From contig NMRA01000022.1 in NCBI GenBank assembly GCA_002633005.1, forward strand, positions 679,715-743,714: a DNA stretch of 64,000 nucleotides, given 5' to 3'. Within the stretch, counting starts at the first letter, position 1, and every line of letters begins with the position of its first letter. This document shows positions 1-13,355 of the stretch, in pieces. The position numbers and the translations under genes were made by a program. Origin of the DNA: Phoronis australis. Its lineage: Eukaryota > Animalia > Phoronida. The notes under the pieces are model-generated. The model made no database searches. It was given only the letters and a program-made list of their open reading frames with translations, and was not told where the DNA came from.

Positions 1-1356
1 GCCATTGTACAAACAAGACAAAGGAATGCAGGTGGATTAAATAAGTTTACATAATGCAAGTGATCACTATGTGTTCCCATGTAATAGTCCTGCCACTGCT
101 ACAGTACAAATATCAAAAATGTCCAAATTCAAGTTTGTAGCTGCAAAGGCAACAGTGCAAAATTAGAAACACTTACTTGGCCCTCTGAAAGACCTACTGC
201 ATTTTAAAGACTTTGAGATAGCACTGTGTGTGACTTTAAAATGAAGGACTATGTTTCTAGTTATGAGGTACTGAGCATTGTTTGTAAAAAGCAACTGGCT
301 ACTTTAGTTACCAAGGTTCAGATTTCTTAAATAACATTTTAAGTAAAATTAGTAGAGCTATAAAACTATATTTTTATAATCCTTATTGATCATGAAATGT
401 TATCATGTGCACAGATTTCAAAATTATTTTTGATGTTATACGTTCTACTTTAATACGAAGTCAAGATGAATATCTTTTATTCTGCGCTCGAGTCTATTGT
501 GGTTTTATAATGAGTGTCTAGTCCAAGTGTGCACTTGTATTACACCATTAGGTTTTTCTGTCAAAAAACCTGATCTTTATGGAGATTGTCCTATTTTCTG
601 CAAAACTTTCAAATTCTGATTTTATTCTATTAGCTAATAAAGAGTGCCTGGAGTTTTTTGTGTGGACTTTTAACTCAGGAACTTTGTTTGCAAAAATGAA
701 GTGTTCTGTGTTTTAATTGAATATTGATGTCTTCATTGTTTACATTGGAGTTCTCAAACTAAAGGTACTTACATGAAAATCCTCCTTTAGAAAATGCAGT
801 CACATTGTTACAAATATCTTGGCATTAGTGTTGCCCATATAAAATTCTGTGGTCTCCTAGGATTTTCATTTTATGGGTCTACTATTAATACATACAAAGT
901 TATTTAAGAAATTTGATCTGTAGTAACAAAGGTACCCTAATTCTCGATTTTGGGCAAAAATAATTGCCAAAATTTGTCCATTTCTTATGTTGATTACCAG
1001 TGATGAAACATAACCAAATATTGTTTTATGATATCTACACAGTACAAACAATCTAAAGATAGACTGGTATTTTTTTAATCTTTTTCTTTGTGGAGAAATT
1101 TGGCAGAGTAGAATTTAACTTGTCCACCATATTGTGAGCTAAATAGATGAGGAATTACTGTAGCCTACTACCTTAGTAAGAATTCTGGACTATCAATTAG
1201 TCGAGTGGTTTGAGACTTGAAAAGACGTTTAGGTTAATAGTCTTAGCACTGTTGTATCCTTGTCAGAATTCTCCTCTCTTGAGTTATTTATACAATGCGG
1301 ATTTCATTGTCTGTTTTGTTTTACTATAAGTTGATATCTCTTAACCCTATACTTAA

Positions 1357-1675
1357 AGCTGCATTTTGCCCTATTTAGCCAGCTAAACACAAAAACTGAA
1401 TGTGTCCTTTCACTTTCACAAAATCTATCTTGTAATGTCCCTTACTACTTCCGTTACGAACAAGAACATCGACACCATCAGGGACTGTAGAAAACGCTTC
1501 AAAATTAATTGGGGTTGGACAGCCCTAAAATTGTAAATTTGAGAATGGTGCACGTTTGCGTTGGTAAGCTTTGGAATCCTATCATGGTAAGAAATTGTAC
1601 CAGTCCGGTTTTATGAGGGTAAAAGGTCTTATTTAATTTTTATGTTTAGCCATCTATACAGAGAAAAAGGCAGCT
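1357..1675. mobile_element. Kolobok-like MITE (TTAA TSD, about 30-bp imperfect TIRs)
   Basis: ttaa|agctgcattttgccctatttagccagctaaac ... gtttagccatctatacagagaaaaaggcagct|ttaa. A degraded paralog lies at about 17405-17714. Confidence 0.6.
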
Positions 1676-4600
1676 TTAAAGATGTCCCCAAGGCAAAATC
1701 ATTGGATGTTGGTTTAATGCAAATGTAAGTTTTTATCATTTAGTACAATCTATTTTGTTTTTATAATGCAGAGATTAAATCTTTGTGCTTTACATTGATG
1801 CTGTTTAGTTTTAGACCATTGCAAGTTATTGTTATAGGACTGGATGTACATATCTATAACGCTTTCTGTTGTATGGTTGTTGAAATCTTTATGGTTAAAA
1901 ATTTAACTTTTAATATTTAGTTATGCGTTGATTTTAATCAAGTTTAATTAAACGTTCTCTTACAATTCCACTACGCAAACTATTTTAAGAACTTTCATAG
2001 TAGTGTGTATAGCTGTTATGTACTCTTAAATATTTTTATTAAAAAAGTACTTGGTTTCTGTTCACATGTTTGGGGAGATTTGATTATGCAAGTTTTTATC
2101 CAGATTCCAGTTTGAAATCAGAAGAGGTTCATTATCCATCTATTATGACAATGTTTTGGATAAAACTATAACAGCTCCATTTTATCTGGGTGTTTTGGGA
2201 ACTACTCATGTGGATTTTAGTCAGAAGTAAATGTCAATTTTTTATACCAAGGCTTTGAATGAATATGGTATTGCAAGTTAAAATGAAAATAAACTGTTTG
2301 ATTGCTGTGCTTGCTTTTAATTGCTATATTGGCCGTGCTATGGAACACTGTACAGAATATATTAAACAAATATGGACTCATCTGGCGTTTCATATTTTAC
2401 AAACATGTATTTTTCCTAGTGATGTCATCAGGTTATGCCGCCAAGAGAGAGAGAGAGCAGTGTTGCCTTTGACCTTGGGCAGTGTTGGTCTCCCGAGATG
2501 GCGGAGATGTCGGACTATACGTGTTTTATTATTGTACCACAGATTCTTTTTTTCCGCTCGCATGTTTTTATTTGTTTTGAAATATTGTCAGTTACTGTTC
2601 ACTTTGTTTACATGGTCAAGGGTTTATGTTTTCTGCAGGCTACATATCCTCGTCCCCAAGCCTCGAGATGGCACTGATCGGTTTAACATAACCAGATAAG
2701 GCTTTGGTGAGCAAATATCCCTTCTGCGCGCCAATTGGCTGTAGACGACGTTCACAGCCGACAAGAATGACACAAGAAACCTTCTCAGAATACTTAAATA
2801 CCTGTTCTTGGAGATGATTGTCCTTACGTCTTTGATGTGATAAATTTGGGTGTTTTTTCCTGAAACTAAACCAGATCCAAACGCAGATTTAAAATGATGC
2901 TAAACCCAGTTTTATCCTATTAGCAGATGCTAAAAACTTTCCCATCCAGTTCTCTAAAACTAAATGATGCTCTGTAACCCTCGACAACCTTCAAAAGTTT
3001 GGAGGAAAATTTGAAAACTGCTTTTAAGTGTGCTAAACGGGCAAGCGTGATCACCTACAGATTTAGCCAATTACACTGGGAAATACCACCCTCCAAGGAC
3101 CGCAATATGCCGATTTTGTTATAAGTACGTAAAACCTATAATTTTGGAATTTGTCCAAGGTGTTGCATACAAAACATTTTATTTTATTGATATCTGTCTT
3201 AATTTACGGAGACAGCTGCGATAGGATCAAAGTAGAGCTTAACTCATGATATTTTATTTTACTGTCACCATCGTAACGAAGTAGCCACTGGCGTAGCCGT
3301 GGGAAAGACACGGTCCCCTTTATAGGAAAGTTTCCGCACAAGAGGACACATTTCAGTCCCCCGTTCCTCCCGTTGCTAACATTCATGTTTGGCTGCGCCA
3401 GTGGAAGTAGCGCAATAGATAGGTACATCTTAATTTGACCACAACATGTAACGGGATTCTATTAACCTTCGCACTACACTGTTGCGGTGAGCTTGTCCAA
3501 GAAGTGTAGATTAAAAAATAAATCTTATTAAAATTAATTTGTCGACATCTCAGTCCGTTCACAGTCTCTTGAAGGTTGAAGTTGGAACGTACACATGCAG
3601 AATCGCTTCTACAGCAGAAATCCCAATATCAGGGAACCTTTACCTAATATAGGGTTCAATATTCTTTCGGAACAAGTTTAACCCACAAACTCGATATGTT
3701 AATGTGAAATAAACTTGCATAACTTTAACAATTACAGCAAAATTGTGCCCGACGCCAATGCACTCGCCTGCCAGTAAAAGTTCAGAAACACTTTTCCAGC
3801 CTTGCGACTATCATTGCTTACATTGGTAGTTAGAATTCTTTACTGACTACCGTAAAACCTGATCATATAAGACACTAAATAGCAAGCAGTTTATGTAGTA
3901 TGCACCACCGCCTTATTTCACCATTTCTCATCACAACCGACAACCGTTGGAGCCACGAAATCAATTCACAAAAAACTTTATCGGTGTATTAAAGGTGGTC
4001 CCTTCATCAGTGTAGTCATGGGACCTAACATAGTGAGCACAGCTGGGAAGATGGGCTCTTTGAGGCTACTCGCTGGTCGTCTGTGTCTGGTTAAGTTTTC
4101 TTTACAAGCTGCACTGCACCTATGATGTAATAGTATCCCTCCACAGAATCGGAGGAATACGTGGATGGTCATCAAGGATTGTTTGGTGAATAAGATCGCC
4201 AATAATTGAAATAAAAAACAATAAATGTTGGCAATGGTTAAAATTTATATTATTTGATTCACTTGTAATTTGCTCTAGTGCAATGCCAATTTTATCAAAG
4301 TGAACGTGATTCTTTGAGTAAACTTGGTGCTAAGTTTTCTCAGGTATTGCAATTTCACTCAAATACCAGTCTTGAGATTAAGCAGAATTCTAAGCTCAAG
4401 CATACCACAGGATTCGACAAGTGTTCCTCAGCCACAGAATTAACTGACACTTCGCCGGACTTTCAGCTTTTAGTGGTGAAGAACAATTGGACTAAAAATT
4501 TAGTAAAAAAAAGCTGATATAAAGTCAGTTTACCTTGAAAAAATTCGACCTCATGTTCAAAGAGCATTGCTTGGGCTTCGGTTTCGAGTAAAATGGTTTT

Positions 4601-4764
4601 CGATAATATTCGTTTCGTGAAGTTTTTAACAAAAACGAAGCGGAAAGAGCGTCTTTAATGTGGGACTATACACGTCGCGTAAACATAATAAGGCACTATT
4701 TCATAAAGCATTCATAATTAGAGCAGCGGAAGAATTTAACGAAAAGGGACGCATGTGCGACGGT

Positions 4765-7700
4765 TCAAGAAGCCGATTGGCTAATTGGGATACACGTGAT
4801 CCTGAAGGGTTTAGGTGCGTTGACGACGCCTCCACTACCGTCTAGGGATGGTCTGACGTCACCAGCGGGCAATGTGAACTTAAATTGTTGAAGCAGCGAG
4901 GTGAAGAACAAAAGCAACTCCATACTTGCCAAAGATTGCCCCAAACACTTCCGTTTGCCTGAAAAAATGTGTTTTTAATGAGGTGCGAAATATACTCACC
5001 TGTTCTTTAAACGTAAAATGAACGGAGGTATTTTCATTGTATAGCTATTCAAAAGCTTTCATTTGAAACTCGTGTTCATTTTACATGAAAACTCAGTCGT
5101 GAATACATACTACATTAATTTTGCCATAGCAGTACGTTACATTTTCGACAACGATGCGGATGGAACCTTTCAACAAGACGTCATTATGCGCTTTAATAGC
5201 TGGATTTTGCTAATGGAGATCAAACATTATAAACTAAATTTAAAAAAACTCTGAAAACAAATCTTCATCGCCTTGGTTTTCACTATCCAAACATGATTTC
5301 TTTGCTGTCTTACTTTGGCCGAAAACTAGTATTAGCAAACTTCGGGTAATTAGTCTAGCTGATCTTACCTATTCCAAACGGTGAAACCTGGTCAGCTAGC
5401 GAATTGTCGAATTGTCCATTTGTCGTCAAAAATCTCTCAGGTCTGAAGACTTCTGGTGCATGGAATACATCTTCGTTCATGTGAATGGAAGCTAAGTTGG
5501 GAATTATGATGGTGTCGGATGGTATTGAATAACCTCTAAAGGTGATGTCTCGCGAGGTTTTGTGAGGAAGAGACATGTATACGGTGTTTCCTAAAAACAC
5601 ATTACAAACTGTGTCAATCACGAACTGTTAAATGCTGTTTACGAATCGCATTACTTAGTATGTGTAGTTATGAAAATTAAACTACAAACTATAAGGAAGG
5701 TATATGCTTTAGACGTGATACATCGGCCTCAAGTTCTCACTGTAAACAAACGGCACTCGCCTTTCATTCTGTTCGGCACGAGAAACCTGCTGTGTTGTTC
5801 TCAGCGTGAATTCGCGGGGGGGGGGCTCAAATGAGCCCCCCAATTTGGCGAATCGGGCAAACAGGTCCGCCTCAGTGAGTAAACGAGACAAAAGTCTACA
5901 AAATTTACCGGAAGTCGGCGCGGTTGCAAAAACTGTGGGCCTGAACCTATTGGCCCCGTTTTTTTTAGTCCTCGCTGATTTCTTTCAATAAAAGGTGCAC
6001 ATACCGAAAAATTCGACTCCCCTATATTTTAGGCTGGGTGCACGGATTAATATTCTTGAATTTTGTAGAAGCATTTTGGATTTGTATAGGTATTTGAGAT
6101 TAACAGGCCTTAGAACTTAAAAAACATATTTTGATTTAGAACATTTTCCGTTATAAACCCGCGTTCTATAGAACTCTAGTGAGAACTTATTTTTGATTAA
6201 AAAATGACGGACTAGAGTTTAGTAAATAATACGAGCTAAGCTAATATTAGATAAAAATTTTCGTGTTTTATACATCGAAACGAACCATGATCTTTGATCA
6301 GAGTACAAAAATCTCAAAAGCTGTGTGTGCTTGCATTGCCAAACAATAATTGCAAAAATTTAATCGTGTTCTCCTGAAAAACTGGATTCACGATCTATTG
6401 TTAGAGTATGCAAGGACTCCGGCTTTCAACATTTCTGTACCAGGATAAAAGATTACGATTCGTTTTGATGTATATGTAAAAAATTCGATTTTCATACTAG
6501 ACTGATATTAGTTTTAGCCATCCTATCTAACCAAGCGAAAGTTAGTTCAAGTTGTCTGATGTCCCTGGGTTTCCAGAGACAAAATGCGAACATTTACATG
6601 AGCAATTGAATTCGAAAAAAACGACCACAACACTCTTTCCCAAAAATTACTAACCGACTCTTTGAACTTCAGTTAGGACAGCTTGCGTGTAAGGCATATC
6701 TTTTTTGTCTTTAAAACTGGGATTCCTTTCAGCCCCAACTACATCGAGGATTTCCGCGCGTACTTTATCTTGCACATCCGGGAATGTAATCATGAAGAGC
6801 AGAGCCCATTGAAGTGTGGTTGTGGTTGTCTCGGTACCAGCAAGGAAGAAGTCAAACGTCAACTTCGCTATTTGATCATCTGAAATAATTTCATATAACA
6901 AGGGCCGTACGGAGCTATTGTTATCATCATTATCATTATCTTTATTGTCGTTATTATTTTAATAAGGGGGTGGGAGGGAGGAGGGAGGGTAGGCACATAA
7001 AATTTTTACTTGCCTCATAGTCGGTGGCTTTCAATTTCCGCCGTCCCACCCATCATAATTCCCCGGTAGTCTCCTCTTTTGCACCCCTTTGTCAGCAGTC
7101 GAAACCACGTGCCTCAGTCCCCGCTTCCTGCTGTCCTTATGGTCTGTAACCCGACAAGAACGCGTATCCCAGCAAAAGTTACATTCGTTTTTACAGAACA
7201 AAAAACCATTAATTTGTGGCAATCTGAATTACACTGTTTAGTTTAAACTCTAGAACGAGGTTTTCCTTTCCCAAGTTAGCTTCGATCATGGGTGGCGCAC
7301 CATAGAAGGCTGGGGGAGCTATAGCCCCCACTTTTGTCAGTGCTGCGGTGCCCATGGTCTATGGGCGGTGCACCACAGAGGGGTTAGGGGGCTATAGCCC
7401 CCACTTTTTTCAGTACTGCGCCGCCCATGTCGATTCAAGCTGGTATTCCATTTGGTCCCACAGAGCACAACAGAACTCGGTTTTAATCTGATGATACTAC
7501 CTTGCAAAATCCGAAAAACGCAAGTGCCCGGGTACTCGCGTTTTGACTATACAATACTTTGGTGGCTGACAAAGGACATCTGAGTCTAGAATAAGCATCT
7601 AATCTCAGACCCGATTCACGGGCTCAGACTCAAAATTGAACCGATCACAATGCAAGTCCAAGATACCCATATGTACCGGCGCGCAGCTCAGGCCACAGAA

Positions 7701-9018
7701 TTCTTTTCTCGCGCACGCGTTTCCCCTCTTGCGGACGCACATTCCCACCTCCCAGACCACTTTTCGGGTCTCGCGGACGTACTTCTTTGCTCGCGGACGA
7801 ACCAGGCCTGCTCTCGCACATTATCTTTATCCACGGTGCTACTTCCCCTCTCAGCTCACAGATCAACTCGTCGATCGAACTGCTGGAATAATTTGGGGTA
7901 AACCTCTTACGATTGCTTTTTAATTTTTCACTAAATGATTTGACTTGAACCACCCTAGACTTCAATGGCCAGTTGCATGAAACAGTCCCAAACAGAGACT
8001 CCATTAAGTTTCCTAAATCAACAAAATGAATGTATTTGTGTATTTGTGAAAACACCGACTATCCTTATTTGTTGTGTTTTAGTTTCCTTACGAAGTTTTT
8101 TTGGCTTGATACAAATCAAAGTGAACTTCACGTTGAATTCTCAAAATTATCGAAAATAAGTAGGAATCTTTTAATGCAAGGGCCCTAATTTAAGGACTAA
8201 GTCCCCACTTATTTTCATTAAAGTCGGGGCCCAGTTTCTATTAATTATTATTAGAAAATGTAACTAGTCAATGAGGAGCTCATTATAAAGATAACATGAT
8301 AGAAAAAAATGTCTGGCACACAGAAAAACACAAGTCAGAATTATTTGTTGTGAAAGTCAACAAATAAATGCATAACACTATGAACTTTTAAAAGTAGCGA
8401 TTAAATTGAATCTGTGACTGAAACAACAAAATAATGATGTCACAGAATTGGCAAGTCAGAAAGCAGATATTGCACATTACAGCGATTCTGTCAATACACA
8501 TTAACGTACCTTCAAAAATGACATCAGAGACTTTTCCAGTGTCAACAACTCCGTGCTTTCCCAACAGATAGGCGTTCATGAGGTCGCTGGTTGAAGTCTT
8601 CTCTTTATCAAAACTCAACTTGTGTTCATCAAAGTGTCCAAGAATAACGCTTTTTATCTCGTTAAAAATACGTTGCCTCTTGTAAAAATGATTGCTGAAT
8701 GGAAGAAACCGCATCGCCAAAGGAATAGACACCACATAATCAATCAATTTTAATAGTCTTTGGAACTCCTTGCTCTCGTAATCGTACCCTTTCCCGAACA
8801 CTAAGCGACATATCACATTGGACACTGCATTGCCAAGCAACGGACGAATATCGATGGTGTCATTGTGTCCACGCAGAGCGAGCAAAAGCTTGTTTGTTTC
8901 GTTGATAATACTGGATTCCACTCCTTGCTTACCAACGCCAAGATCTCGAAGATGGCTCAAGGAAAATCGACGATTATCTCTCCAGACGTCGCCTTCAGCA
9001 GCCAGGACACCTGGTAAT

Positions 9019-9063
<45 letters not shown>

Positions 9064-12016
9064 GTAATACTAACAATAATAATAACAACAACAATATCAA
9101 TAATAACAACAATAATAATAACAATAACAATAATAACAACAATAATAATAACAATAACAATAATACTAATAATAACAAGTACACCTAGTTAAAAAATCAA
9201 TGTAATTATCGGTCTTGCATGAGTATGTATTTTCTTATGAAATTTTAAATTTGAGTGCATTTTTTGCGACAACCGCGCAATGTTCTCGTAGCGGGGGCCA
9301 AGTTCACTGTAGACTGACAGCCACGCTTCGAATGCGAAGGAAAAATTACGTCCTGAAACCCTTTTCATGTAAGCACCCAAGGGGGGTTCGGAAGGGAGAC
9401 TCAAACGAGCCCCGCTATTTGGAAATCTTGGCAAAAACGTCCGCCTCAGAGAAACAAAAACTCCGAAAAAAGTAGAAAACGAGACAAAAGTCCACTAAAA
9501 GGCACCCTTCTGTGTAGCACTCTCCAATATGGCGTCATATTGACAACGCGAGCTGCATATATCTGAGTGGCGCGCGCCCGGTCTATTTGATGTCTACGGT
9601 CCACATTCTTAAAAATTCGAGCCCTTGTTTTTAGGCTAGGTGTTCTTTTTCGTACTAAAATGTTGCCAGCAGCCAAGTTGTGCAGCGGGACGCTCACTCA
9701 ACGCCGGAATGACGCCGTGCATGGAAATTCTATTGCCACAAACTATAACCATTACCATAATCTCCGCTGCAATACATTAAATTTTTACAAAGGATTAAGG
9801 AAAACTATTTTATTCCATACGCGTTGAATCTGTCGAGGGAAAAACGGCCATGTAATAATGTTTTCCGTATTCACCTCCCGCACTACTTCAACAATGACCT
9901 CTGACATCGGAAGGTTCAAAAGGTAGGTCAATGTCGACTCGACGTCGTTAGCCGGTTACATCATGGTTACATCTTCCAGTGAGCTGGTATAGCTAATTGG
10001 ATCATCAAACTTTCCGAAAAAAGTTTAAAGTAAAACAATTATAGCAGTGTAAATACAACTCAACATGCAATCAGGTCTCAATCGTAACATCTGGAACAGG
10101 AATGTTAATTATATGACAGTTCTGTCTCGGTTTTCAATTTCTATATATTATATCGTCTGCAACTCAGGTGCCGATTGATCGGTAACTACAATATTAAACA
10201 TTGTTGTTATTTAGATATTTTCAGGAGATGTTACAAGTTCAATGCAAAGTTACCATTGTTTTCATCTTTGTTATCCCTTTTCAAGTAACAAATCGTTACA
10301 TTTAAAACTGTTTCTTTTACTAGAGAAAACTTAACGCGCAAGTACATACATATAGGATGTAATCCGCCACGTGATCAGTCACAGTGAAGCATTTAAAAAA
10401 TCTGCGGAAAAAACGAAAGAAACTTAGGAATTCGAAGCGCATGGGATAAATACAAAACATACCTCGATTGGCGTAGATGGAGTAACTTCCCACTCTACAT
10501 TAATATCTCGTGGGATATTACTTCATCTACGCCACTCTCGGTACGTTTTGTGTATACAACACAACTTTGGACAATTTCTTTAAATATTTAAGAATTACTA
10601 AAGGTCATGGGTTCGAGTTCCACTCAGCCCACTACAAACTATTGAGTCAGGGTTTCTACCTCCTCAATTTCGTTTTAACTTTAACTATATATTAATAACA
10701 AAAACATAAAAATGGTTCCAGATGATCACTGCTAGATGTCCACCTGAGCGGCCTGTGCACGTCTGTTACAACGTGAAATAGACCGCCTGCAGTTAATTGT
10801 TGTTCTTGTTAAGAATATACATGGCTATTGCAGTCAGTTGAAGAACGGTGCTCAGGGCTACCTAAATACACATATGAAACTGTATAGTGAAACGCAAAGC
10901 ATGTTGCTAGAATTCAAAAACTTAAACAGACGCGAGAAATTTGATACCAAGAGAAGAAATTGAACTTTTGCATCTTAAACTGATGTGTACTTTCACCAAA
11001 GTCCGATATTTTGATCTCAAAGTGGCCGTAAATGTTACGCAATTTTTGACAAGAGACACCAACGTTATAACTTCCTTTTTGTGCTATAGATATGGCCTAT
11101 TTCCGAACATGCCCCGAGACCGAACCAGCAGTCTTCTCCATTTCGTACGTTTCTCCCCCCAAAAAAAATTAACGGTATGTTGTCCGGCGATATTGTTTGG
11201 AATCTTTAAATCTCAGCTAAAAGCCTTTTATTGCGACATTTTTAGGTACTTTACTGCACCTTGCGAGGTTCTAGTACCTCTTCTGGCTAAAGAAGAGCAA
11301 TTAAAGACATTCCCATTGAACACTAAACATATACATTTTTGCACGAGATATTTATATTGTATTCATGTGATGCTGGTAATATCCTTGTGGTCGATCTCGA
11401 CCACTGGGCTGCATGGAGTCATCAACAGACTACAGCCGTCAACTGATTGACGTTGAAGAATAAAACGGGGATGGAGAAAAAGAAGAACACGGTAATAAAG
11501 AAGAAGACGAATATTGTGATGAAGAAGAATACGGTGAAAAAGAAGAGGAAGAATAAGACGTAGAAGAACCAGTGCACGATTTAATTTTTAAACGACTTGA
11601 GTAAAATGGAAACGAGTACTCAATGATAAAAAACGTTTGTACACTGTACCAGAGTTCACCGGAAACAGTCCCATGAAGTCCTGCTCTCGGGGTCGTGCGT
11701 TGAAGTCGTCGCCTTGCTTGTTGAGTGCATCTCGGATGACGCCATGAGTGTTCAGCACGATCGCACGCTTGCTACCTAGCCATATTGTGAAAATTTTTCC
11801 GTGAATATTGGACAACCGTTTGAAAACGACGTGCAGTTTTCCTCCGGCAATGAGAGTTGGAAGATTTCCGATGAGCGGCCATGGTTTGGGTCCTGGTGGT
11901 AACTTCGTTCTGTCCTCACGGGATTTATGGAACAAAACAGCTGCCAAAACGAGAAGACTACAGCTCAGAATCCACTCCAACATTCCTGCCGCACTAATGG
12001 CTGTATAGCCTGTCAT
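4765..12016 (-). CDS. Cytochrome P450, CYP2 clan, copy A (5 exons, about 502 aa)
   Basis: Exons 12016-11650, 9010-8510, 6879-6655, 5590-5369 and 4958-4765. All introns are GT-AG and phase 1; the total is 1509 nt in frame. Motifs: N-terminal TM anchor, PPGPKPWP hinge, WxxxR (WRDNR), I-helix AGTETT, EVQR (ExxR), PERF and heme FGIGKRKCLG. Confidence 0.95.
5813..6045 (+). repeat. Dispersed repeat family (other copies about 9322-9645, 18556-18722 inverted, 24590-24812)
   Basis: Shared core gggggctcaaatgagcccccc...aggtccgcctcag...aaacgagacaaaagtc. Confidence 0.65.
7287..7429. mobile_element. Dimeric MITE with CATGGG(C/T)GGCGCA TIRs and a 5-bp TSD (TCGAT)
   Basis: The empty site is present in the paralog at about 22295-22305. 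Confidence 0.85.
9020..9178. repeat. (AAT)n/(AAC)n microsatellite next to the CYP A exon 2 acceptor
   Basis: Direct reading; absent at the paralogous site in copy B. Confidence 0.95.
9805..10555 (+). mobile_element. Hairpin-ended non-autonomous element (Crypton-like, tentative)
   Basis: Homologous to 63027-63769 and, inverted, to about 12950-13355. It has a subterminal inverted repeat plus a terminal palindrome whose centre is deleted in this copy. Confidence 0.6.
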
Positions 12017-12112
12017 GATCAGTTGAACTGTGCCGCTCTCCGATAAGCTCCCATTCATGTCACCTCGCGAAAACTCACTTAGCGCAGGTAGTCTAGTGTT
12101 TGCTGACAGGGA

Positions 12113-12119
12113 TTTTATA
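12113..12119 (-). promoter_or_regulatory. TATA box of CYP copy A
   Basis: TATAAAA on the minus strand about 100 nt upstream of the ATG. It is conserved in copy B, along with a CACGTG E-box about 100 nt further upstream. Confidence 0.6.
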
Positions 12120-12949
12120 GGGTGGTTGTTTGCAACAGGGCGGGTGCATCAAAAGGTAATCCTGATGTCATCGTGTTTGAAAGATTGATCAAATGAATGG
12201 AAAAAGTCATACCACGTGATAACTGTGCGTACATTCCCTTTTCATAGTTGTAAAAAATATTATGGAAAATTTGCAAATGTGTTTATAAGCAAATATTATT
12301 GTTTCAATCACACACCACTGTAATCCATTCAATATCCACTATGGCGTTTCCTTAATGAAAACACGCTAATGAGTATGCCTTTCGTCAATTCCCTAACGAG
12401 TAGCATGCCTTACATTTGCTGTGCGTCGTCGAATAAGCCGGGAATTTGAAGCTTAAAGGTTTAGTTCTTGCAAGATACGTTAAACGGATAGTTGGGACAA
12501 TAAGCCGTAAAACCAATTTTTGTACAGGTAAAATGAAAACAAGATTTAGAAATGCATCTTTTCGTAGCTTTTGAAACGAGTGTCTATGTAGCTGAATTAC
12601 TGTAACGTTTGGTTTTAGGTTACATTTGGGACACCCTGTGGTGTACATGCTTTTTTTACCCAGGGCAATGACTTGACAGAATATGACCAGCTTATTGTTT
12701 GCATAAGAGATCCAACATCGATAGATGTTTAATGTTTCATATCCTAGAATGGAAAGTAGTCGTTGTAAAGGTTTTTATGAAGTAAAGGCTAAGAAAATGT
12801 TATTGGCAATTCTGAGTATTCGCATCGTGGTTCTTCGTGGGCCCGTATTGTTTTAAGTAACTGTGGTGTGGCTGAATGGCAATTTCTTTACAGACAAGCC
12901 GAAAACTTATAAGTTTTCTCTAGCAAAAGAAATAGTTTTAAATGTTATG

Positions 12950-13355
12950 ATTTCTTACTAGTGAAAAGAGATAACAAAGATCAAAACAACGGCAATTGTG
13001 CATTGAACTTGTAACATTTCCGGAAAATAGTTATCATAACAACAGTATTTGATATTGTAGTAAGAATCGACGCCTGAGTTGCAGACGATATAATATTCAG
13101 CAAATAAAAACTGAGACAGAAGTGTCATATTATTAACAGTTTTATTTCAGATGTTACGCTTGGGATCTGATTGCATGTCGAATGTTATTTATACTGCTGC
13201 AATTGTATTACTTTAAACTATATTCGGAAAGTGTGATGATCGAACCGGCTATCGACGTCGAGTTGACACTGTCCTATCTTTTGAACTTTCCATATCAGAG
13301 GTCACTGTTGAAGTTGTGCGGAAGGTGAATACGGAAAACAATATCACATGGCTGT
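12950..13355 (-). mobile_element. Inverted partial copy of the 9805-10555 / 63027-63769 element
   Basis: For example gaaggtgaatacggaaaacaatatcacatggc is the reverse complement of gccatgtaataatgttttccgtattcacctc, with mismatches. Confidence 0.75.

Noticed and set aside
1-2300. 3' UTR of a plus-strand gene upstream of the window
   Set aside because: T-rich composition and an AATAAA near 2288 are suggestive, but no coding exon is visible, so it cannot be supported.
8818-9192. Poly-Ile/Thr and poly-Leu ORFs
   Set aside because: Translations of an intronic trinucleotide microsatellite.
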